Part shown: piece after piece, positions 42,902-50,882 of the stretch
How the letters are laid out: each line of letters begins with the position of its first letter
Position numbering within the stretch: the stretch's first letter is position 1
From: Myxococcota bacterium
GTDB lineage: Bacteria > Myxococcota_A > UBA9160 > PR03
Assembly: GCA_041611735.1 (NCBI GenBank)
Contig: JBFIML010000010.1
Location: 13,027-77,026, forward strand
Length of the DNA: 64,000 nucleotides
Direction of reading: 5' to 3'
Notes under the pieces: model-generated
Seen by the model: the letters and a program-made list of their open reading frames with translations, nothing else
Database searches by the model: none
Told to the model about the DNA's origin: nothing
Position numbers and translations under genes: made by a program

Positions 42902-44317
42902 TCAGGCCTGGGGTCCGGCCGACTGCGCACGCTGTCGCAGCGCTCGGCTCGCCGCCTCGCGCACGCGCGCGTCGCTGCCCTGGGCCGCTGCCTCCAGCAC
43001 CCGATGCGCGGCTTCCCCGGGCATGTGCCCCAGCGCGGCCACGGCCGCCTCCTGGACCGCGCGCAGTCCGCCGCGCCACAGCACGCTCTTGCGCTGCAAG
43101 AGGGCGGCCAGCGCCGGCGTCGCCTCGGACCGGCCCAGGCGTCCCAGGGCGCGGAGCGTCTCCCGAGCCAGGGCCGAGCGCCGCTGGCCGACGGCATTCT
43201 CGAGCGCCGCGACCAGCGGCCGGATCGCCTCGGGCCGCCGCGTCGCACCCAGGCAGAAGGCGGCCAGGCCGGAAACGCCCGCCACCGGGCTGTCGAGCGC
43301 CTGGGCCAGGACGCGCAGCGCGTTCCCGTCGCCGATCCGCACCAGCGCCTTGGCCGCCTCGCGGCGCAGCTCCTCGTCGGGGCTGGTCAGGAGCCGACCC
43401 AGGGCCGGCACGGCCAGCGGGTTCTGACTCTCGCCAGCCAGCCGCGCAGCCAGGCGCCTCCGGCAGGGCGAGCCCTTCTCGAGGGCGCGCACCAGCTCGG
43501 GGCCCGCTGCGCTCATGGCGATCAGGATCCCCGACAACTGTCCGCGTCCTTCGGCGTCCGTCTCTTCCTGGAGCCGATCGAGCAGGGGGCGCACCGCCTC
43601 CTCGCCGATCAACAGCAGGAGCTGGGCGGCGCGCACGCTCTCGGCGCTGCCTGGGACGCGGGCGCGATCGATCAGGTCCTCGAATACCGCCGCTTCGGCG
43701 GCCATGCGGCGCACGGCCTGGTGCGCCACCGCCCGCTGCGCCGAGGAGCGCCTGGTTCCCTTTCCGGCATGCACCGACAGCACCAGAAGGGCGCGATAGG
43801 CCTCGTCCGATGCGCCGCTGCGGGCCAAGGCGAGGGCCTGATCGGTCACCGCAGCGGCCAGGTCCGGATAGCGGGCGTCGTCGCCGCAGTCCTCTAGCTC
43901 GCGCAGCCGGGTCAGGAACTCCGAGACCGCCCCGGTAGACGTTGCGGCCGGAGGCTCGGCCCCGCTGGAGGCCAGCTGCGCCGCGAGCTCCCGCAAGGCG
44001 GCCGGCTCCAGGTCCGGGTCGAAGCGCAGGCGATGCAGGCCCCGGGCCGCGAACTCCCGGGCCAGCTCATCCAGGCGGCCGCGCCCCACCGCCGCATCCG
44101 AGCCGCCCAGCCAGAAGGCGCCGCGTCGCACCTCCAGCTCGAGGGGGCCATTGCGCGCGAGCTCCGCCTGCCAGGCTTGGAAGCTCCGATCCAGCAGCTC
44201 GTCCCGGGTCGGATCCCCCTCGGGGTAGTACTGGAGGCCGCGCACGGCCCGCCCGAGCTCCACCAGCAGCGTGGAGACGTCAGCCGGCGTCCGGGGCGTC
44301 GGGGGACCTTGGGACAT
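42902..44317 (-). CDS. HEAT-repeat protein
   Basis: Repeated ...A..ALG.LG...A...L...L motifs (e.g. REAAKALVRIGDGNALRVLAQALDS and VREAASRALRQ). Confidence 0.75.
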   Translation of the reverse strand: MSQGPPTPRTPADVSTLLVELGRAVRGLQYYPEGDPTRDELLDRSFQAWQAELARNGPLELEVRRGAFWLGGSDAAVGRGRLDELAREFAARGLHRLRFDPDLEPAALRELAAQLASSGAEPPAATSTGAVSEFLTRLRELEDCGDDARYPDLAAAVTDQALALARSGASDEAYRALLVLSVHAGKGTRRSSAQRAVAHQAVRRMAAEAAVFEDLIDRARVPGSAESVRAAQLLLLIGEEAVRPLLDRLQEETDAEGRGQLSGILIAMSAAGPELVRALEKGSPCRRRLAARLAGESQNPLAVPALGRLLTSPDEELRREAAKALVRIGDGNALRVLAQALDSPVAGVSGLAAFCLGATRRPEAIRPLVAALENAVGQRRSALARETLRALGRLGRSEATPALAALLQRKSVLWRGGLRAVQEAAVAALGHMPGEAAHRVLEAAAQGSDARVREAASRALRQRAQSAGPQA

Positions 44318-44380
44318 CGGTCCCGGATCGGCTCGCGCGTCTCCTGCCTTGAAAAAGGGGAGCGACGCCTCGACGACCCG

Positions 44381-44974
44381 GTGGCCAGGGGGCTACTGTC
44401 CCGGCAACGCCCGGCTTCCCCCCGTCGAGGCGCGAACCCATCCTCCGCGGTCCCGAGCGGAGCCGTCATCTCGAAGCCTGGATCCAGGGCCACGCGTTCG
44501 TTCGCCCTCGCCCTCGCCACCGCGGGGGGCGCGGGGCTGGCTCCGATCGCCCCGGGCACGGTGGGGTCGGCGGTGGGCGTCGTGCTCTTCTGGCCCCTGG
44601 CCGCGCTACCGGCTCCGCTCTACGCCCTGACCGTCGCCACCCTCGCCTTCCTCGGGGTCTGGGCGGCGGACCAGGCGGAGCGCGCCTTCGGCCGCCGCGA
44701 CGACGGACGCATCGTGATCGACGAAGTGGCGGGGCAGCTGATCGCCCTCTCGCCGCTGGTCTTCCTGGCACGGCCCCTCGCTTGGCCCTCGGTCGTGACC
44801 GCATTCGTCCTGTTCCGGGTGTTCGATGTGTGGAAGCCGGGCCCCGTGCGCTGGGCGGAGCGGGGCGCCGCGGGCGGGGTGGGCGTGATGCTCGACGACG
44901 TGGTGGCGGGGGTCCTGGCGGCCGGGACGCTGGTGGTGCTCCTCGTGCTGCTGCCCGAATACGGGGTCGCATGA
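44381..44974 (+). CDS. pgpA: phosphatidylglycerophosphatase A
   Basis: GGAGLAPIAPGTVGSAVGV..., DDGRIVIDEVAGQ, FRVFDVWKP, MLDDVVAGV. The start is uncertain: GTG 44381 is the nearest canonical in-frame start upstream of the conserved core. Confidence 0.8.
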   Translation: MARGLLSRQRPASPRRGANPSSAVPSGAVISKPGSRATRSFALALATAGGAGLAPIAPGTVGSAVGVVLFWPLAALPAPLYALTVATLAFLGVWAADQAERAFGRRDDGRIVIDEVAGQLIALSPLVFLARPLAWPSVVTAFVLFRVFDVWKPGPVRWAERGAAGGVGVMLDDVVAGVLAAGTLVVLLVLLPEYGVA

Positions 44975-46248
44975 AGGCGGAGATCCTGACGGTCGGCGAC
45001 GAGATCCTGCGTGGGGAGATCCTCGACTCGAACAAGGCACTGGTCTCGGAGCGGCTGCTCGCCCTGGACGTGGAGACCGATTTCCACACCTCGGTACGCG
45101 ACGACCGGGCGCACCTGGCCGACGCCCTGCGGCGTGCCACGTCGCGCAGCGACGTGGTGATCGTCTCCGGCGGTCTCGGCCCGACCCGCGACGACCTGAC
45201 CATCGCGGTGCTGGCGGAGACCTTCGAGCGCAAGCTCGTGCTGCACGAGCCCTCGCTCCAGGCGATCCGCGTCTTCTTCGCACGCCTGGGCCGCCAGATG
45301 GCCGAGAACAACGCCAAGCAGGCCCGCTTTCCCGAGGGCGCCGAGGTGTTGCCGAACCCGATCGGGACCGCACCGGGCTGCCTGCTCGAGGTGGAAGGCA
45401 CGCTCTGCTTCTGCTTGCCGGGCGTGCCCCGCGAGCTCGAGCGCATGCTGGACGAGCAGGTGCTGCCGCGTCTCGCCGCTCGCCGCGGCACCGGCGGGGT
45501 CGTGCGCGCCACGCTGCTGCGCACCTTCGGGATCGGCGAGTCGGACCTGGACGCTCGTCTACACGACGTGGGTCTCGAGCCGGGCGTCACCCTCGGCTTC
45601 CGCACCAAGTTCCCCGACAACCTGCTGCGTCCCGTGGTGCGGGCCGCGAATGGCGCCGAGGCGGATGCGAGGCTCGCGCGCGTGGTGGCCGTCCTGCGCG
45701 AGCGTCTCGGTCCCCTGGTCTACGGAGAGGGGGAGACGGAGACGCTCGAGGCGGTGGTGGGACGGCTGCTGCGCGAGCAGGGGCGCACTCTCGCGGTGGC
45801 CGAGTCGTGCACGGGAGGGCTCCTGGCCGAGCGCATCACGGCGGTGCCCGGAGCCTCGGACTATTTCCGGGGTGGCGTCGTCGCCTATTCGAACGCGGCG
45901 AAGACGGCGCTGCTCGGCGTCCCGGCGGAGCTCCTGGAGGGCCACGGTGCCGTCTCCGGGCCGGTGGCGCGCGCCATGGCCGAGGGGGCGTGCGCACGCT
46001 TCGGCGCCGACCTGGCGGTGGCGACCACGGGCATCTCGGGGCCTGGTGGCGGCACGCAGACCAAGCCCGTGGGCCTCGTCCATCTGGCCCTTGCGCGTAG
46101 AGACGCGAGCGACGCGGTCGAGCTGAACATGCCTCTCGATCGGCAGCGCCATCGCGCCCTCACCACCCAGATCGGCCTGGACTGGCTGCGGCGCACGCTG
46201 CTCGGCGTCCCGCTCGAGCTGCCGCGCCTCGGACGGAGAGAGAAGTGA
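44971..46248 (+). CDS. cinA: competence/damage-inducible protein CinA (MoCF-binding domain plus PncC-like deamidase domain)
   Basis: The ATG overlaps the pgpA stop (ATGA). MKAEILTVGDEILRGEILDSN..., SGGLGPTRDD. C-terminal AVAESCTGGLLAERIT...VATTGISGPGGG. Confidence 0.9.
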   Translation: MKAEILTVGDEILRGEILDSNKALVSERLLALDVETDFHTSVRDDRAHLADALRRATSRSDVVIVSGGLGPTRDDLTIAVLAETFERKLVLHEPSLQAIRVFFARLGRQMAENNAKQARFPEGAEVLPNPIGTAPGCLLEVEGTLCFCLPGVPRELERMLDEQVLPRLAARRGTGGVVRATLLRTFGIGESDLDARLHDVGLEPGVTLGFRTKFPDNLLRPVVRAANGAEADARLARVVAVLRERLGPLVYGEGETETLEAVVGRLLREQGRTLAVAESCTGGLLAERITAVPGASDYFRGGVVAYSNAAKTALLGVPAELLEGHGAVSGPVARAMAEGACARFGADLAVATTGISGPGGGTQTKPVGLVHLALARRDASDAVELNMPLDRQRHRALTTQIGLDWLRRTLLGVPLELPRLGRREK

Positions 46249-46249
46249 C

Positions 46250-46822
46250 GTGGCGGAGCAAGGTCGAAGCCTCCGCGCCTTCTTCGCGGTGGAGCTCGGC
46301 GAGGCGGCACGCCGCGAGGCCGCCGTCCTGGTCCGGCGGCTCGCCCAGCGAGCGGGCGGGGACGGCGTGCGCTGGGTGCGGCCGGAGGCCTTCCACGTGA
46401 CGCTGCGCTTCCTCGGCGCCGTGGCGGAGGACCGCGTGCCGCGGGTGGTCCGGGAGGTGCGCGCCGCGACCGCCCACGTGGCGGGCTTCGCGCTGCGACT
46501 CGGCGCCCTGCACGCCTTCCCCTCGCTGCGCCGTGCCCGTGTGGTGGTGCTGGAGCTCGCGCCCCACGAGCCCCTGGTGGCGCTGGCGGCGGCCGTGGAG
46601 GCGGGCGTCGTCGCGGCCGGCTTCGCCCCGGAGCGGCGTCGCTACCGCGGCCACCTGACGCTCGGGCGGGTACGCACGGGCCGTCTGCCCGCCCTGGACG
46701 ACCGCGTCGCCCCCTGCCCCTTCCCGGTGCGCGAGTTCAGGCTCTTCCACAGCCAGCTCTCGCCGCAGGGCTCGATCTATACCTCCCTCGAGCGGATCCC
46801 GCTCGCAAACGCTTCCCCTTGA
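46250..46822 (+). CDS. thpR: RNA 2',3'-cyclic phosphodiesterase (2H phosphoesterase, ThpR/LigT)
   Basis: Two H-x-T-x motifs: FHVTLRF and GHLTLGR. Confidence 0.85.
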   Translation: MAEQGRSLRAFFAVELGEAARREAAVLVRRLAQRAGGDGVRWVRPEAFHVTLRFLGAVAEDRVPRVVREVRAATAHVAGFALRLGALHAFPSLRRARVVVLELAPHEPLVALAAAVEAGVVAAGFAPERRRYRGHLTLGRVRTGRLPALDDRVAPCPFPVREFRLFHSQLSPQGSIYTSLERIPLANASP

Positions 46823-46848
46823 ACGCAACCGAAACAGGAGAACCAGAC

Positions 46849-47934
46849 ATGGCCAACACCGACCGCAAGCCGAGCGAGCAGACCGCGACCCGGGATACCC
46901 AGAAACGCAAGGCGATCCACCTGGCCGTATCGGCCATCGAGAAGCAGTTCGGCAAGGGCGCCATCCTCACCATGAGCGAGGACGCCATCGACCGGGACAT
47001 CGAGGTGATCCCGAGCGGCTCGCCCAGCCTCGACCTCGCCCTCGGCATCGGCGGCTATCCACGCGGCCGGGTGTTGGAGATCTACGGGCCCGAGTCGAGC
47101 GGAAAGACCACCCTCGCCCTGCATGCCGTGGCCGAGGCGCAGAAGCAGGGCGGCGTCGCCGCCTTCATCGACGCCGAGCACGCCCTCGACGTGGGCTACG
47201 CGCGTCGGCTCGGCGTGCACGTGGAGGACCTGCTGGTCTCCCAGCCGGACACCGGCGAACAGGCGCTCGAGATCGCCGACGTCCTGCTGCGCTCGGGGGC
47301 CGTGGACCTCGTGGTGGTGGACTCGGTGGCGGCACTCGTGCCGCGCGCGGAGATCGAGGGCGAGATGGGCGACCAGCAGCCGGGGCTGCAGGCGCGGCTC
47401 ATGAGCCAGGCCATGCGCAAGCTCACGGGCACGGTGTCGAAGTCGCACGCGACGGTGATCTTCATCAACCAGCTCCGCATGAAGATCGGTGTCATGTTCG
47501 GGAACCCCGAGACCACGTCCGGCGGGAACGCGCTCAAGTTCTACTCCTCCGTGCGTCTCGACGTGCGCCGCATCGCCGCCATCAAGAACGGCGAGGAGGT
47601 GACGGGGAATCGCACCCGGGTCAAGGTGGTGAAGAACAAGTGCGCGCCGCCCTTCCGGAAGGCCGAGTTCGACATCCTCTACAACCAGGGCATCTCGGTG
47701 GAGGGCGACCTTCTGGATCTCGCCACCGAGGACGGCATCGTGGAGAAGAGCGGTTCCTGGTACTCCTACGACGGGGAGCGCATCGGACAGGGCCGCGAGA
47801 ACACGCGCCAGTTCCTGAAGGACAACCCCGACGTCTTCGGGCTCATCAGCGAGGCGGTGTACGCCAAGCGCGGTTTGAAGCGCGCGGTCCCGGTGGCGAC
47901 GGGGCCCGTGGAGGCGGAGGCCGAGGAGGCGTAG
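46849..47934 (+). CDS. recA: recombinase RecA
   Basis: SD AGGAG lies 8 nt before the [14 protein letters not shown], Walker [10 protein letters not shown], full-length RecA. Confidence 0.97.
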   Translation: MANTDRKPSEQTATRDTQKRKAIHLAVSAIEKQFGKGAILTMSEDAIDRDIEVIPSGSPSLDLALGIGGYPRGRVLEIYGPESSGKTTLALHAVAEAQKQGGVAAFIDAEHALDVGYARRLGVHVEDLLVSQPDTGEQALEIADVLLRSGAVDLVVVDSVAALVPRAEIEGEMGDQQPGLQARLMSQAMRKLTGTVSKSHATVIFINQLRMKIGVMFGNPETTSGGNALKFYSSVRLDVRRIAAIKNGEEVTGNRTRVKVVKNKCAPPFRKAEFDILYNQGISVEGDLLDLATEDGIVEKSGSWYSYDGERIGQGRENTRQFLKDNPDVFGLISEAVYAKRGLKRAVPVATGPVEAEAEEA

Positions 47935-47956
47935 GCGTCGACGAGCCGCGACGGAG

Positions 47957-49429
47957 CTAGAGCGGCTCCCAGCCGCTGGCGGCCGGAGCCGGGGAGACCG
48001 AGGTGGCTGCCCCGGCGGCCGTCACCTGGACGCGCGCCAGAGGGGTGGTCAGCGGGAAGGCCGGCACGGCGAGAGTGCGGGGGGCGCCCTCCGCGTCCCG
48101 GGTCGTGAGGCGGGTCTCCGCTCGTGGGTTGATCCAGAGCGTGAACGCGGCCCGCGGGTCGAGGCCGGCCTCCACCAGGCGCTGCTCCAGCTCCGCCGCG
48201 TACTCCCCCATCGCGCTGCGCAGCACGAAGGCCGGCACGCGTCGGCTCTCCCGGCAGGTCCCGACGGCGCGCGCGCGGTCCAAGCGCTTCCACGAGCCCG
48301 CTGCCAGGTCCAGCCGCACGGCGCGGCAGCCGCCTTCCAGCCAGCGCAGGTCCAGGGCGGCCGATCCGTCGGCCGTGATGCGCTCCTGGGGGCGGCCGAA
48401 GCGGCCTCCCAGAGAGCAGGCCTCGCCCGGCAACGGCAGGGAGCGGGAGGTGTGGTCCGGCTCCACCACGCGCAGCCACTCCCGGACCCCTCCGGTCTCC
48501 GCATCCGCGCGTCGCAGCAGGACGAACGTGCGGTCTGCCCAGCGCAAGGCCAGCTGGTCGTTGCGGTCGGCGGCGTCCGGGGCGGGCCGTTCCGGCGAGG
48601 CGGTGGGATCGAGCGCCGCGGGCAGCGCCTCGTCCCCGGGACGCCAGAGCACCTCGAGCGGGCTCCCAGGCACGATCTCCCGGGGACCCGGTGCCGTGGC
48701 GAGGACCAGCGCGCCGGTGGCCGTCCAGGCGAGACGGCGGCCCCGGAGTTCGCTGGTCCGGGCCACCAGCACCGGCCGGGACCGCTCCGGGCCGAGGCTT
48801 GCGAGCCGCACCGCCACGCCTGCCGCCCCTCGCTCGGTCCAGGCCGCGTGACGCCCGTCGGGAGCGAGACTCAGGTCGAGGACGGGCCCCTGGCAGTTCG
48901 CCCCGAAGCCGAGGGTGGCCCGGGCGGTCAGGACGCCGTCGGGAAGGCCCTCTCCGTGGCCAGGCGCTCCGGCGCTGGCGGTGGGGGTGCCCGCCCCCGG
49001 CTCCTCCGGCCGGCAAGAGCCCCTACGGTCCTCGGCGTCGAAGGCCGGCACCAGGGCGATGCGCAGCGGGCGTCGGGGCTCCAAGACCCGCGGCGGGGAG
49101 CAGCGGTAGCCCTCCGCGGAGACCGCCACCACCCGGGTCTCCGTCACGAGCCAGGGCCAGAGCGTGAGACTCGGGCGCAGCCGGGTCTCGACCCGGAAGC
49201 GGCCCGCCGCGTCGCTGTCGGCCTTCCCCTCCCCGAGGATCCGACGCTCGGGCAGCACCTGGTCGTAGCGTCCCTCATGGCGGACGTGGACCTGGGCCCG
49301 CGCCACGGGGCGGCCCGTCCGGGCATCCACCACCACCCCGGAGATCGGGGGGACGACGCGTGCCGGCAGGGGGGCGCAGGCGAGCAGCAGCCCCCCGGCG
49401 AGGCTCCGGAGAACGAGGGTCTTCGTCAT
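47957..49429 (-). CDS. large lipoprotein, unknown function (N-terminal CarboxypepD_reg-like segment)
   Basis: C-terminal 490 aa of the 985-aa track ORF. MTKTLVLRSLAGGLLLAC|A lipobox. ISGVVVDARTGRPVARAQVHV resembles a carboxypeptidase-regulatory-like beta-sandwich. The rest is unassignable. Confidence 0.65.
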   Translation of the reverse strand: MTKTLVLRSLAGGLLLACAPLPARVVPPISGVVVDARTGRPVARAQVHVRHEGRYDQVLPERRILGEGKADSDAAGRFRVETRLRPSLTLWPWLVTETRVVAVSAEGYRCSPPRVLEPRRPLRIALVPAFDAEDRRGSCRPEEPGAGTPTASAGAPGHGEGLPDGVLTARATLGFGANCQGPVLDLSLAPDGRHAAWTERGAAGVAVRLASLGPERSRPVLVARTSELRGRRLAWTATGALVLATAPGPREIVPGSPLEVLWRPGDEALPAALDPTASPERPAPDAADRNDQLALRWADRTFVLLRRADAETGGVREWLRVVEPDHTSRSLPLPGEACSLGGRFGRPQERITADGSAALDLRWLEGGCRAVRLDLAAGSWKRLDRARAVGTCRESRRVPAFVLRSAMGEYAAELEQRLVEAGLDPRAAFTLWINPRAETRLTTRDAEGAPRTLAVPAFPLTTPLARVQVTAAGAATSVSPAPAASGWEPL

Positions 49430-49564
49430 CCCGGCTTTCCCGGAGAGTGGTTTCGGCCGGTGGCGGCCGAAACCTGAGCCCCCCCGCCGGTCCCGGCCGG
49501 GCTCCTGCCGCCCCGGCGCGACGGGCCGGCGGCTCAAGGCAGGGGCCCATCCGGTCGAAAGAAC

Positions 49565-49592
49565 CTCCGGGCGCAACGCCTTGCGCCCGGAG
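49565..49592 (+). promoter_or_regulatory. 12-bp perfect hairpin/palindrome CTCCGGGCGCAA-cgcc-TTGCGCCCGGAG in the pilT 5' region
   Basis: Read directly. The 3' arm contains most of the only SD-like GGAGG (49589-49593). The ATG is at 49607. Confidence 0.5.
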
Positions 49593-49606
49593 GGTCCCGC
49601 ACCGCC

Positions 49607-50779
49607 ATGGCGGAGTTGAACGAGGTCCTGAAGATTGCGTTGAAGGGCGGCGCCTCGGACATCCACATCAAGTCCGGGCTGCCGCCCATGTTCCGGGTCG
49701 ATGGCGCGCTCGTCCCGCTGAAGAACGCCGAGCGCCTGCTTCCGGACCAGGTCGAGACCATGGCCCTCTCGATCATGAACCCGGTGCAGAAGGCGCGCTT
49801 CGAGGAGTCCCGGGAATGTGATCTCGCCTACGGGATCCCGGGCCTCGGCCGCTTCCGCGTCAACGTGTTCCAGCAGCGCGGCACCATCGGCGTCGTCTTC
49901 CGGGTGATCCCCTTCGGCGTGAAGACCATCGAGCAGCTCTTCCTGCCCAAGGTGGTCGAGAACGTCGCCATGGAGCAGCGGGGTCTGATCCTGGTCACCG
50001 GCACCACCGGGTCCGGCAAGTCGACGACGCTGGCGGCGATGATCGATCACATCAACTCGAACCGGACCTGCCACATCATGACGATCGAGGATCCAATCGA
50101 GTTCCTGATCCGCGATCGTCGATCGCTGGTGAACCAGCGCGAGATCGGCGTCGATACCCAGAGCTTCGCTGCCGCCTTGCGCGCGGCCTTGCGCCAGGAT
50201 CCCGACGTCATCCTGGTGGGCGAGATGCGCGACTTCGAGACCATCGAGACGGCCCTCACCGCCGCCGAGACCGGCCACCTGGTGATGAGCACGCTCCATA
50301 CACTCGACGCGACGGAGACCATCAACCGCATCATCTCCGTGTTTCCGCCGTACCAGCAGAAGCAGGTGCGACTGCAGCTCGCCTCGATCCTGAAGGCCGT
50401 GATCTCCCAACGGTTGGTGCCGCGGGCGGATGGAAAGGGTCGCGTCCCGGCGCTCGAAGTGCTGGTCTCTACGGCCCGGGTGCGCGAGTGCATTGGTGAC
50501 AAGGACCGCACCAAGGAGATCCCGGACGCGATCGCCAAGGGCTACACGACCTACGGCATGCAGAGTTTCGACCAGTCGCTCATGCAGCTCGTGAAGGGAA
50601 ACCTCGTCACCTACGACGAGGCCTTGAAGCACGTCTCCAACGCAGACGACTTCGCGCTGCGCTTCCGCGGCGTGGCCTCCACCTCCGATGGCACCTGGGA
50701 CGACTTCGAGAAGGAGGAGGAGCCGGCCAAGCCTGCCGCCCAGGCCGCCGCCCCCCCCATCGACATCGAACGCTTCTGA
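49607..50779 (+). CDS. pilT: type IV pilus twitching-motility ATPase PilT family
   Basis: Walker A GTTGSGKST, IMTIEDPIEF, Walker B ILVGEMRD, TGHLVMSTLHT. Confidence 0.93.
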   Translation: MAELNEVLKIALKGGASDIHIKSGLPPMFRVDGALVPLKNAERLLPDQVETMALSIMNPVQKARFEESRECDLAYGIPGLGRFRVNVFQQRGTIGVVFRVIPFGVKTIEQLFLPKVVENVAMEQRGLILVTGTTGSGKSTTLAAMIDHINSNRTCHIMTIEDPIEFLIRDRRSLVNQREIGVDTQSFAAALRAALRQDPDVILVGEMRDFETIETALTAAETGHLVMSTLHTLDATETINRIISVFPPYQQKQVRLQLASILKAVISQRLVPRADGKGRVPALEVLVSTARVRECIGDKDRTKEIPDAIAKGYTTYGMQSFDQSLMQLVKGNLVTYDEALKHVSNADDFALRFRGVASTSDGTWDDFEKEEEPAKPAAQAAAPPIDIERF

Positions 50780-50780
50780 C

Positions 50781-50852
50781 GGGGACGTTCTCGACTGACG
50801 CACCTGGCTCGGTCGGGGTTCACGGGATGGCCCTCTAGTCGACAGCGTCCCC
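50781..50852. repeat. inverted repeat, family member 3: GGGGACGTTCTCGAC ... GTCGACAGCGTCCCC
   Basis: Arms at 50781-50795 and 50838-50852 show 13 of 15 Watson-Crick matches plus one G:U. 42-nt spacer. Located between the pilT stop and the alaS ATG (50883). Confidence 0.65.
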
Positions 50853-50882
50853 CCTCCGCTATTCTCGCCTGCCGAGAGTTCC

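Noticed and set aside
46780-46848. LexA/SOS box upstream of recA.
   Set aside because: I saw no CTGT-N8-ACAG, no GGTT-N2-C-N4-G-N3-ACC, and no convincing myxobacterial-type GTTCAG-containing box. recA sits 26 nt after thpR and is probably co-transcribed with cinA-thpR.
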